Assembly: GCA_963737445.1 (NCBI GenBank) | Contig: CAVTSO010000019.1 | Location: 31,694 to 95,693, forward strand | Length of the DNA stretch: 64,000 bases | Direction: 5' to 3' | Source: an uncultured Actinomycetes bacterium | Lineage (GTDB): Bacteria; Actinomycetota; Thermoleophilia; Gaiellales; JAICJC01 | Shown here: one piece after another, positions 8,464 to 19,700 of the stretch | Position numbering within the stretch: the stretch's first letter is position 1 | How the letters are laid out: the number at the start of each line of letters is the position of its first letter | Program-made: the position numbers and the translations under genes | The notes under the pieces: model-generated | What the model was told of the DNA's origin: nothing | The model's database searches: none | What the model saw: only the letters and a program-made list of their open reading frames with translations

Positions 8464-9867
8464 GTGAGCGGCAAGCGCACCGTCATCGCCGGCGGCACGC
8501 TGGCCACCGACTACGGCGTCTTCGCCGCAGACGTCGCGATCGAGGACGGCCGCGTCGCCGCGGTCGCGGAGCAGGCCGACCGCAGCGGCGCCGACGAGCT
8601 GATCGACGCCTCCGGCCTGGTGGTGCTGCCCGGCGCCATCGACATGCACGCCCACTTCGAGGATCCCGGGCACACGGAGCGCGAGGACTTCACCACCGGC
8701 ACCATGTCGGCCGCGGCCGGCGGCATGACCACGGTGATCGAGCACCCGCTCACCTATCCGCCGGTGACCACCGCCCAGCTCTACCGCGAGAAGCGTGAGA
8801 TGGCGAAGCAGAAGGTGGTCACCGACTTCGGCCTGTGGGGCGCGCTGACCGCGCCCTCGATCCCCGAGATCAAGGATCAGTGGGCCGAAGGCGCGGGCGG
8901 GTTCAAGGCCTTCATGCCGATCTCCGACCCCTCCTACCCCCACGTCACCGACGCCGAGTTCCTGGAGGGCATGCGCGAGGTGCAGGCCGTCGGCGGCCTG
9001 GTGCTCGTCCACGCCGAAAGCGACTCCCTGCTGCAGGCCGGCCTGGCGCGGATGCAGGAGCAGGGCCGCACCGATCCCATGGCCCACCACGAGGCGCGGC
9101 CGCCCTTCGTCGAGGAGGAGTCCGTCCACCGGGCGCTGTACCTGGCCGCCCACGCCGACGTGCGGATCCAGATCGTGCACGTCTCCAGCCCGGTCAGCGC
9201 CCAGCTGGTGGCCGACGAGAAGCGACGCGGCCGGCCCGTGACGATGGAGATCTGCCCCCACCACCTGCTGCTCGACCTCGACGACCTCGTCCGCCTCGGC
9301 CCCTACGGCGTGTGCGCGCCGGCGCTGCGTGACCGCGCGCTCGTGGAGCGGCTGTGGTCGTACGTGCTGGACGGAACCGCCGACTGCCTGATCTCCGACC
9401 ACTCCGCCTACACCCCGGAGGAGAAGGAGCCGGGCTGGGACAACATCTTCGACGCCCTGCTCGGCTGCCAGGTGATCCAGGAGACGGTGCCGCTGGCGTT
9501 GGACGAGGCCTACCACCGTCGCGGCATGACGCTGGACGCCTTCGCGCGCTTCTCGTCCACCAACCCGGCTCGCATCGCCGGCCTCTATCCCCGCAAGGGC
9601 ACGCTGGTGCCCGGCTCCGACGCCGACCTGGCGCTCTACGACCTGGAGACCGAGTGGACGGTCGACGCCCGCTCGCAGCAGTTCTCCAAGAACCCGTGGT
9701 CGCCGTTCGACGGACGACGCGTGCGGGCGCGGGTGGTGCGGACGCTGGTGCGCGGCGAGACGGTATACGCCGACGGCGAGATCCTGGCCGAGCCGGGGTC
9801 GGGCCGCTTCCTGTCCTGCCAGGAGGATCACTCCCTGGGCGGACAGCCGACGGCGACGGCGGGCTGA
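8464..9867 (+). CDS. cyclic amidohydrolase (allantoinase / dihydropyrimidinase-hydantoinase family)
   Basis: 467 aa; GAIDMHAHFEDPGHTEREDFTTGTMSAAAGGMTTVIEHP, VLVHAE, CPHHL, ISDHS: metal-dependent amidohydrolase superfamily, closest by eye to allantoinase. Confidence 0.85.
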   Translation: MSGKRTVIAGGTLATDYGVFAADVAIEDGRVAAVAEQADRSGADELIDASGLVVLPGAIDMHAHFEDPGHTEREDFTTGTMSAAAGGMTTVIEHPLTYPPVTTAQLYREKREMAKQKVVTDFGLWGALTAPSIPEIKDQWAEGAGGFKAFMPISDPSYPHVTDAEFLEGMREVQAVGGLVLVHAESDSLLQAGLARMQEQGRTDPMAHHEARPPFVEEESVHRALYLAAHADVRIQIVHVSSPVSAQLVADEKRRGRPVTMEICPHHLLLDLDDLVRLGPYGVCAPALRDRALVERLWSYVLDGTADCLISDHSAYTPEEKEPGWDNIFDALLGCQVIQETVPLALDEAYHRRGMTLDAFARFSSTNPARIAGLYPRKGTLVPGSDADLALYDLETEWTVDARSQQFSKNPWSPFDGRRVRARVVRTLVRGETVYADGEILAEPGSGRFLSCQEDHSLGGQPTATAG

Positions 9868-9868
9868 C

Positions 9869-10585
9869 GTGTTCCGGCTGGCGCTGATCAACCCCAACAC
9901 CGACGAGCACCACACCGAGGCCATGGGCGGGGTGGCCCGCGCGGCGCTGCCGGAGGGGTGCGACGTGACCGCCGTCAACCCCAACCGCGGCCCCACGTCG
10001 ATCGAGAGCGCGGCCGACTCGGTGGTGGCCGCGGCCGAGGTGGCGGCGCTGGTGCAGGCGCTACCCGACTACGACGCCTACCTGATCGCGTGCTTCGGCG
10101 ACCCCGGGCTCGACGCCGCCCGCGAGCTGACCGCTGCACCCGTTGTCGGCATCGGCGAGGCCGCCTACATCGCGGCATCGCTCGTGGCCAAGCGGTTCGG
10201 CGTGATCACCACCTTGCCGCGCAGCATCCCCGCGCTCGAAGAGGGCATCGAGGCGCTCGGCCTGCGGTCGCGCTGCGCCGGGATCGTGCCGCTCAACATC
10301 CCCGTTGCCGAGCAGGGCAGCGGCCACCCTGACACGACCTCGGCGATCGTCGCGCTGGGCAAGCGCCTGGCCGCCGACAACGGCGCCGACGCCCTGATCC
10401 TCGCCTGCGGAGGCATGGCCGACGTGGCGCGCGCGGTCGAGGACGAGGTGGGCGTGCCGGTCTGCGACGGCGTGTCCTTCGGTGCGGGCCTCGCCCACTC
10501 GCTGTGGCGGAGCGGCCTTGGCACCAGCAAGGCCTCCGCGTACGCGGCGCCGGAGCCGATCCCATACGTCGGCATGCAGGGCTGA
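9869..10585 (+). CDS. Asp/Glu/hydantoin racemase family protein (hydantoin or allantoin racemase)
   Basis: 238 aa; LINPNT..., IACFGDPGL, LACGGM: the two-Cys racemase pattern; GTG start 1 nt after the upstream stop. Confidence 0.8.
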   Translation: MFRLALINPNTDEHHTEAMGGVARAALPEGCDVTAVNPNRGPTSIESAADSVVAAAEVAALVQALPDYDAYLIACFGDPGLDAARELTAAPVVGIGEAAYIAASLVAKRFGVITTLPRSIPALEEGIEALGLRSRCAGIVPLNIPVAEQGSGHPDTTSAIVALGKRLAADNGADALILACGGMADVARAVEDEVGVPVCDGVSFGAGLAHSLWRSGLGTSKASAYAAPEPIPYVGMQG

Positions 10586-10588
10586 CAC

Positions 10589-11620
10589 ATGCGGGCCGCG
10601 ACCTTCCGCGAGTACGGCGGCCCCGAGGTGATGCGCTGGGAGCAGCTCGACGATCCCGCCTGCGGTCGCAACGAGGTGATCGTGCGGGCGCACGCATGCG
10701 GCCTCAACCACAGCGACCTCGACTCGCGGGCGGGCAGCTCGCGCTGGCCGTTCACCATGCCCTGGGTGCTGGGCGCGGAGTTCGCCGGCACCGTGACCGC
10801 GGTGGGGTCCGAGGTCGCGGGCATCGCCGACGGCGAACCGGTCACGGCCTACCAGCAGTTTGGGTGTGGAACCTGCGCGGCCTGCGCGCGCTGGCGGCCC
10901 GACCTGTGCGAGCGGTTCGTGGTGTTCGGCACCGATCGCTGGGGCGGCTACGCGGAGCTGGTGGCGGTGCCGGCCCGCGCGGTGATCCCGCTGCGCTCCC
11001 CGGACGACTTCGTGACCGCCGCGGCCGCCCAGTGCGTGGTCTCGACCGCGTGGTCGATGGTGGTGTCGGTCGCGGCCGTGCGCGCGGGCGAGACGGTGCT
11101 GGTGCCGTCGGCCTCGGGCGGCGTGGCGGGCGCGGCGGTGCAGGCGGCGCGGCTGTCGGGGGCGCGCGTGATCGCCTCGGTGGGGGCGCCCGAGAAGTCA
11201 GACGCGGTGCGGGCCCTGGGCGCGGACGTGGTCTTCTGCTATTGCGACACGCCGGTGGCGGAGGCCGTGGCCGAGGCCACCGGCGGTCGCGGCGTCGACG
11301 CGGTGATCGACACGACCGGCGGCCCGCGGTTCGGGGAGCACCTGGCGGCCATGGCGCCGGACGGGCGGCTGGTCACGTGCGGCGCGCACGCCGGCGAGGT
11401 GGTGCCGCTCGACATCATCGAGCTGTTCCGCCACGGCCACCGCATCCTCGGCTTCCGCGTTGCCACGCCGGACGAGATCCGAACGTCGCTAGCGATGGCG
11501 CTCGACGGAGCGATCACGGTGCCGGTCGACCGCACGTTCCCGACCTCCGAGGCAGCGGCCGCGCACGCCTACATGGACGAGCGCAAGCACGTCGGCAAGA
11601 TCGTGCTGGTGTCGGAGTGA
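10589..11620 (+). CDS. zinc-binding alcohol dehydrogenase / quinone oxidoreductase (MDR family)
   Basis: 343 aa; GLNHSDL, GxE..G, CGTCAAC structural-Zn loop, Rossmann SASGGVAGAAVQ. Confidence 0.85.
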   Translation: MRAATFREYGGPEVMRWEQLDDPACGRNEVIVRAHACGLNHSDLDSRAGSSRWPFTMPWVLGAEFAGTVTAVGSEVAGIADGEPVTAYQQFGCGTCAACARWRPDLCERFVVFGTDRWGGYAELVAVPARAVIPLRSPDDFVTAAAAQCVVSTAWSMVVSVAAVRAGETVLVPSASGGVAGAAVQAARLSGARVIASVGAPEKSDAVRALGADVVFCYCDTPVAEAVAEATGGRGVDAVIDTTGGPRFGEHLAAMAPDGRLVTCGAHAGEVVPLDIIELFRHGHRILGFRVATPDEIRTSLAMALDGAITVPVDRTFPTSEAAAAHAYMDERKHVGKIVLVSE

Positions 11621-12171
11621 GGACGGTCTGCTACCTGGCGCACTGCCTGCTGAACGCGAACGCCAAGGTCGACGAGGGCGCGCGCTGCGCGGGCGTGTCG
11701 GCGCCGGTGGTAGGGCTGCTCCGCGATCACGGCGCCACGATCCGACAGATGCCCTGCCCCGAGCTGGCGTTCGGCGGCACCCGGCGGTTCTGGGCGGTGC
11801 GCGAGCAGTACGACACGCCGGCCTTCCGGGCGCATTGCCGGACGCTGGCCGAGCCGGTGGCGGAGCAGATCCGGGCCGACCTCGGCGCCGGCGCGAGGGT
11901 GGTGATCATCGGCATCGACGGCAGCCCCAGCATGGGCGTCGAGCTGACCGCCAGCGCCGGTGACTGGGGCGGCCGGCCGGACAAGCCGCGCGACGAGGAC
12001 TACCCGGTGACGCCCGGGCCAGGGCTGTTCACGGAGACGCTGCTGGACCTGCTGGGAGACGACGTGGCGCGGGCGCGCGTGATCGGGATCGGACAGGACC
12101 TGTTCGACTACGACGAGCCGGCGGAGCTGGCCAAGCTGGCGGCGGCCGTGGAGAACAGCGGTGCGCGGTGA
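11617..12171 (+). CDS. conserved hypothetical Cys-rich protein, distantly DUF523-like
   Basis: GTG overlaps the upstream TGA (GTGA); VCYLAHCLLNANAKVDEG ... MPCPELAFGG resembles the DUF523 CLLG..RYDG / CPE..GGL pattern; the assignment is tentative. Confidence 0.6.
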   Translation: MRTVCYLAHCLLNANAKVDEGARCAGVSAPVVGLLRDHGATIRQMPCPELAFGGTRRFWAVREQYDTPAFRAHCRTLAEPVAEQIRADLGAGARVVIIGIDGSPSMGVELTASAGDWGGRPDKPRDEDYPVTPGPGLFTETLLDLLGDDVARARVIGIGQDLFDYDEPAELAKLAAAVENSGAR

Positions 12172-12475
12172 CCTGCGCTCTCGGCGGGTGGCGGTGGTCC
12201 CGGACTCGGTGCTGAACCCGCTCGCGGGTGGGGCCGATCACCTGACGCCGCTGACCGAGGCCGGCTGGGGCCTAGTGGTACTGCCACCGGCGGGGCTGCC
12301 TGACGGCACCGAGCGGGCAATGGTCGCCGCCATCGCCGACACGGTGGTGACGTTCCTGGACGACGACTACGAGGTCGCCCTGGGATGGCCGGGCGATCAG
12401 CGCACGGAACGGCTGATCGAGACGCTGTCCGCCATCGGGCGGCGCGTCGAACGGCGGATCGACCTGCTGGACTAA
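12161..12475 (+). CDS. hypothetical protein
   Basis: 104-codon ORF, GTG start overlapping the upstream gene by 11 nt, GC3-rich; no motif recognised. Confidence 0.5.
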   Translation: MRGDLRSRRVAVVPDSVLNPLAGGADHLTPLTEAGWGLVVLPPAGLPDGTERAMVAAIADTVVTFLDDDYEVALGWPGDQRTERLIETLSAIGRRVERRIDLLD

Positions 12476-12479
12476 CGGC

Positions 12480-12662
12480 TCAAGCGGTGGCCTCGTTCGA
12501 GCGTGCGATCCGCAGCTCGAGCGGGGTCGACTGCCGCGTGCGTCCGGCCTGCGCCTTGCGCCGCTCCTCGGCCATCCGCAGCAGCTCCTCGTGCTCGTGC
12601 GGGGTGTACCCCCAGTCGGTCGAGGGCGCTTCCGTCACGCTGTTGTGCTTCGCGTCCTTCAT
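12480..12662 (-). CDS. small hypothetical protein (60 aa)
   Basis: ATG 12662 preceded by RBS cggaggatt; MKDAKHNSVTEAPSTDWGYTPHEHEELLRMAEERRKAQ...; the longer 116-aa ORF upstream of this ATG looks non-coding. Confidence 0.55.
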   Translation of the reverse strand: MKDAKHNSVTEAPSTDWGYTPHEHEELLRMAEERRKAQAGRTRQSTPLELRIARSNEATA

Positions 12663-12801
12663 CCCAATCCTCCGTGCTCTTTGGCCCGCGCCCGAAACAC
12701 TACCTAGTTGAGAAGGCGAGTGTAAAGGCACATGACGATTTCCAGGTCTTTTCCTGATTGACACCCATTCGCCACCCCGGATCCGCGAGGCATCTGCAAC
12801 C

Positions 12802-13545
12802 ATGCAGTACATGAGCAGCTCGCACGGCACGAGGGTGGTCGGGGGCGGTCTCCTGTGCGAGCTGCACGCGCATTCGCGCTGGAGCGACGGCGATCTCGAA
12901 CTGGCCGACGTCGTCGACCTCTACGGACGTGCCGGGTTCGACGTGCTGTGCATCACGGATCACGTTGTGCGGGACGGAGGGATGGTCACGGCCGCCGTCC
13001 ACGCCGAGTACCTGGCCGAGATCCGCCGGCAGGCGGAACATGCGCAGCGACGGCATGGTCTGCTGGTGCTGCCGGGACTGGAGTTGACGTGGGACGACGC
13101 CGACTCACAGCAGGCCGCCCACGCCGTGGCGGTCGGCCTCGACCGGTTTGTCGGCCTCGCGGACGGGCTCGATGCGGCGGTAGAGACGGCGCGCGACCAC
13201 GGCGCGGCGATCATCGCTGCGCACCCGCACGGCGCCCGGCGCGACACCATCCCCGGCCGCACCACCCAGCGCTGGTGGCACGATCCGTCCGTGCGCTCGC
13301 TGGCGCACCGGTTCGAGCTGATCAACCGGACGCAGGTGTTCGACTGGGTGGCCGAGGCCGGCCTACCGGCGGTCGCGAACGGCGACTTCCACCAGCCCGG
13401 ACACCTGGCCACCTGGAAGACCGTGCTGCCGGTGGAACCTGAAGCGGACGCGGTGGTCGCGTACCTGCGGTCGCAGGCGCCGGCCATGATCACGCGGCCG
13501 GCGGTGCTGCACGCGCTGGCGCAGGCGGCCGGCGTGGCTGCGTAG
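12802..13545 (+). CDS. PHP domain metal-dependent phosphoesterase
   Basis: CELHAHSRWSDGDL ... VLCITDHV ... IIAAHPH ... NGDFH: PHP His/Asp motifs. Confidence 0.8.
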   Translation: MQYMSSSHGTRVVGGGLLCELHAHSRWSDGDLELADVVDLYGRAGFDVLCITDHVVRDGGMVTAAVHAEYLAEIRRQAEHAQRRHGLLVLPGLELTWDDADSQQAAHAVAVGLDRFVGLADGLDAAVETARDHGAAIIAAHPHGARRDTIPGRTTQRWWHDPSVRSLAHRFELINRTQVFDWVAEAGLPAVANGDFHQPGHLATWKTVLPVEPEADAVVAYLRSQAPAMITRPAVLHALAQAAGVAA

Positions 13546-13582
13546 ACAGGGGTCTGGTGGCTGACCGCCCGCGGTCGCCATC

Positions 13583-13588
13583 TACGCT
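13583..13588 (+). promoter_or_regulatory. candidate -10 hexamer TACGCT (leaderless typA)
   Basis: TANNNT hexamer 6 nt upstream of GTG 13595. Confidence 0.35.
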
Positions 13589-13594
13589 CCGTCG

Positions 13595-15439
<1,845 letters not shown>

Positions 15440-15488
15440 CCGAGCAGAGGCTCGTAACTCCAGTAGGCTGAGGGAGGGTGATCGTGCG

Positions 15489-16736
15489 ATGGAGGACCTT
15501 CCCAGCGGAACCGTCACACTCCTCTTCACCGACGTCGAAGGGTCGACGCTACTCGTCCAGGCGCTCGGTGCCGCCTACCAGTTCGCGCTGGACGGACACC
15601 GCCAGATCCTGAGGGATGCGGTCGCGTCGCACGCGGGCCGCGAGGTCGACTGCCGCGCGGACGAGTTCCTCGCCTGCTTCCCGCGCGCATCCGACGGCCT
15701 CGCGGCGGCGATCGCGGCACAGCTGGCGCTGACGTCGCAGAACTCCCAGCTGCGGGTGCGGATGGGGCTTCATACTGGCGAGCCGGAGCTGATCGGCGAC
15801 GCCTACATCGGGATCGACGTGAACCGGGCGGCGAGGATCTGCGCGGCCGGTCACGGCGGGCAGATCCTGGTGTCACAGACCACACGCGATCTGGTGTCGT
15901 CAGGCGTCCAGTTCCGCGATCTCGGCACATACCTGCTGGCGGGAGTCGAGCAGGCCGAGCGGATCTACGAGGTGCGCGCGCCCGGGTTGCGCACCTCGTC
16001 GCTGCCCCTGCGGGCCGAGCACGAGTCCGGCGCCCCGGGCCGTCGCCGGCGGAGCCTGCGGCTGCGACGCGTGCCCGCCTCATCGCACCTCGCCGAGACC
16101 GCCTGGCGGGCACGGAAGCTGATCGAGCCGGGGCCGCTCCGCGAAGCACTCACAACCCTAGCCGCGGAGCTGTTCGACGCCGATCGCGCCGTCCACCGGG
16201 CCGACGCGCTGCTCGAGAAGATCGACCGACACCGCATCACCCGCAGGTTGGCCGAGCAGCGCCAGCTGTCGATCGTGTCCGCCCCGGTGGCCGAGCTGGC
16301 CGCGGGGACCGACGCGAAGCTGGCATGCCTCGACCGTCTCGGCGACGACCGCCAGGTCGTCTCCGACCTGGGCGCCGAGGCTGCCGCGCTGCTCGACCGG
16401 TCGTTCTCCGACCACGCAGTCGAGCAGATGTGCGAGCGCCTGAACCTGGCGACCGGCACCCTGGACGGGCAGATCACGGTCACCGCCCGCGCCCACGACG
16501 CGCTCAGCTACCGGCTCGCGCGCACGCGCTGGCGCGGCGTCTACCGGCTGGACGGGCTCTATGTGGTCCCCTACCACGACGAGCTGGGGATCGAGCGCCA
16601 GCCAGAGTTCACGGACGCGGGCGAGGCCCGCCGCTTCCGTCACGGCGTCAAGCTGGCCCACCAGGCAAAGACCCGAGACGTCGGCCTTGATGCACCTTGG
16701 GATGGAGGCGGAGGTACGAGCGGCAGCGGGTATTGA
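15489..16736 (+). CDS. class III adenylate/guanylate cyclase domain protein with an uncharacterised ~250-aa C-terminal region
   Basis: RBS gagggaggg; GTVTLLFTDVEGST ... RVRMGLHTGEPE ... GIDVNRAARICAAGHGGQILVS in residues 1-165; no motif recognised in the rest. Confidence 0.8.
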   Translation: MEDLPSGTVTLLFTDVEGSTLLVQALGAAYQFALDGHRQILRDAVASHAGREVDCRADEFLACFPRASDGLAAAIAAQLALTSQNSQLRVRMGLHTGEPELIGDAYIGIDVNRAARICAAGHGGQILVSQTTRDLVSSGVQFRDLGTYLLAGVEQAERIYEVRAPGLRTSSLPLRAEHESGAPGRRRRSLRLRRVPASSHLAETAWRARKLIEPGPLREALTTLAAELFDADRAVHRADALLEKIDRHRITRRLAEQRQLSIVSAPVAELAAGTDAKLACLDRLGDDRQVVSDLGAEAAALLDRSFSDHAVEQMCERLNLATGTLDGQITVTARAHDALSYRLARTRWRGVYRLDGLYVVPYHDELGIERQPEFTDAGEARRFRHGVKLAHQAKTRDVGLDAPWDGGGGTSGSGY

Positions 16737-16770
16737 CCGCTTTCGTCCGCCACGTTCTTGGCGAGGGCTC

Positions 16771-19700
16771 CTACGACAACGAGACGGTGGCGCTGCCCGT
16801 GTAGTCGTTGTACGGGTCGAGCACGATCGTGTAGGTGCCAGCGACCGGCGCCGTCAGGCCGAACGAGGTCGAGCCCAGCACCCACGAGGGCGACAGCAGC
16901 GGGGTGCCGTCGGGCCGCAGCACCGACACGCGCATGATCGGTACGATGACCGCGCTCAGGTTCAGCACCAGCGACTGGCCGGCCGTCGCCGTGAACGTGA
17001 CCGCCCCGCCCTGGCCGGGCGCGGTCATCGCCGCCGTGAACCCGGGCCCGCCCTGCGTGATCGACCCGGACGAATCCGGCGGCACGTCGTAGACGGTCAC
17101 CGACAGCGGCCCGGTGGAGGCGTCGAACGGATCGACCGCGATCGTGTAGGTGCCGGACACCGGCAGCGTGGTCACGTCGATGAACGTGTTGCCCGGCGCC
17201 ATGGTCGAGAGCAGGGTCGTGGAGTCCGGCTTGCTGACCGTGAACCGCACCGACATCGCCGTGGTCAGGCGGAAGCTGACCCGCTCCCCGGCCACGCCGG
17301 TGAAGCTGACCAGGCCGTTCTGACCGGGCACCGTGATCGGGATCGAGGCCGCGGCGCCGCCGGGCGTGGTCGTCGCCGACGCGTCGGCCGGCACGCTGTA
17401 GGCGGTCAGCGTCATGGTGACCGGCGAGCCGCCTGACGGGTCGACCACGATCGTGTAGGTGCCGGTGGCCGGCAGCGTGCGCGTGTCGAGGAAGCCGCCG
17501 GACGACGACACGTAGAAGGTGGCAAAGGCGGAGCCGTCCGGCGCGCGTATGTCGAGCCGCGTCTGCGGCAGCGCACTACCGGTGACCGCCATGCTCAGCC
17601 GCGTGCCGGCCGCGCCGGCGAACGTGATCCCGGCGTTCTGCCCGCCGCCCAGCGAGATCGTGAGCGGCGCTCCGCCGACGGTGATGCTGCCGGTGAGGTC
17701 GACGGGCACACCAAGCACCTGCACGGTGGCGCTGCCCACCGCCGCGCCCTGCGGATCGATGCGGATCGTGTAGGTGCCGCTGGCCGGAAGCGCCAGGGCA
17801 TCGATGAAGCCGCCCGAGCCGTAGGCGATGGTGGCGCCCGAAGGTGACACCAGCGTCACCGACGTGGCGAGCATGCCAGAGGTGCTGTAGCTGACGCTGA
17901 CCGACTGGCCGGCCGCGCCGGGGAACGTGACCGAGGCGTTCTGGCCGGGTACGGTGGTGGTGAGCGTAACCGGCGGTGCCGCAACCGAGGTGGTCGCCAC
18001 CGGGTCGGCCGGCACGTCGTACAGCGTGTAGCTGACGCTGCCGGTGCCGACGTCCTGCGGGTCGGCCACCACGGTATAGGTGCCGGTCTGCTTGAGCGTC
18101 GCGGCGTCCACGAACGAGGTACCGGCGCCGGTGTAGCCCGGCCCGGCCAGCACCGTGCCGTCGGGGTTCAGGATCGAGGTCTTGAGCAGGTAGTAGCTGG
18201 AGCTGACACCGAGGCTGACCCGCCGGCCGGCCACGCCGCTGAACGTGAACAGCGCGTTCTGGCCGGCCGCGGTTGTGGTGGCCGAGGCGGGAGGGCCACC
18301 GGGCGTGATGGTGGACGTGACGTCGGCCGGCACGTCGTACAGCGTCAGCGTGACCGGCCCGGTGCGCTCATCCTGCGGATCGGCCAGGATCGTGTACGTC
18401 CCGTCGGAGGGCAGCTGCACGGTGTCGATGAAGCCGTAGCCGGCACTCGTGTAGAGCGGCCCCGCGAGCTGCGTCCCGCCTGGACCGATGATGATCGTCT
18501 TCAGGAAGCTGATGCTGCTTGAGGTGGACAGCGCCACCCGCCGCCCGGCCGTGCCCGTGAAGCTGGCGACCGCGTTCTGGCCGGGCGCGGTGGTGGTCAG
18601 CGTCACCGGCGGCCCGCCGGGACTGATCACCGCCGTCGCATCCGGCGGCACGTTGAAGAGCTGGATAGCCATGCTGCCGCCACCCGCCTGCAGCGGGTGC
18701 ACGCGCACCACGTAGCTGCCGGTCTGCTGCAGCGTGAACGAGTCGATGAACGCGTTGCCGGTGGACAGCGTCTTCGAGGCGGCCGTGGACCCGTCCGGGT
18801 TGCTGATGGTGACGGTGCTGCTGGTGATCGTCGACGCCGACAGCAGGGCGCTCACGCGTGTGCCGGCGGTGCCGTCGAAGGCCAGCAGCTGGTCCTCGCC
18901 GGCGCCCGAGGTGACGGTGACGGGCGCGCCGCCGACCGCGATCGGGCTGGGCGATGTGCCGGTGACGCTGCCGCTGTCGGTGCCACCGCTGCTGGTGGCA
19001 GTGGCGGTGACAGTGGTGCTGCCGGGAGCCGGCGTGAACTGGCCGGTGTAGCTGCCGTCGCCCTGGGCGGTCAGCGCGATCGGCTGGCCGTTGGCGGCCG
19101 CGGTCACGGTCACGCCCGCGAGGTCGCCGCAGACGCCGGCCAGCAGGCGCACCGATACCGTGTGGCCGGCGGCGGCCACGAAGCCCTGGCCGGGAGCGTC
19201 GATCACCAGCTGCGGCTTGTTGCTACAGGTGAGCGCGTTTCCGGCGTCGAGACGGCCCCGGCTGGCGCTGCTGCCGGCGAGTGTCGCGGGATGGTCGACG
19301 GTGCGCAGCAGCAGCGCCTTGATGGTGTCGGCGGTGGCGGCCGGGTGCGCCGCCAGCACCAGCGCGGCCGCGCCGGCCACGTGTGGCGAGGCCATCGAGG
19401 TGCCGCTCTCGGACTTGTAGGCCCTGCCCGGCCAGGTCGAGTAGATGCTGACGCCGGGCGCCGCCAGGTCGACGCTGCTCTGACCGTAGTTCGAGAAGTA
19501 GGCGAGGTGGTCGGTGGAGTCGCTCGCGCCCACCGAGATGATGTTGGGCAAATTGAAGTCGGCCGGGTAGGTGGGCGTCGTATCGCTGTTCACGCCATCG
19601 TTGCCGGCGGCGGCAACGAACAGGTCGCCGTGCGCGTTGGCGTCGGCGATGGCGTCGTACAGGGCCTGCGAGTACTCGGTGTCGCCCCAGGAGTTGTTCG

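Noticed and set aside
8257-9996. Very long antisense or alternative-frame ORFs (for example 8257..9996, 13490..15529, 25887..29099, 42835..44964, 46232..48415, 57964..60033, 59769..61655, 59996..61498)
   Set aside because: They are Arg/Pro/Gly/Ala-rich, have no family motifs, and lie opposite or out of frame with genes that show clear conserved motifs and GC3 bias. They are typical shadow ORFs of ~70 % GC DNA.
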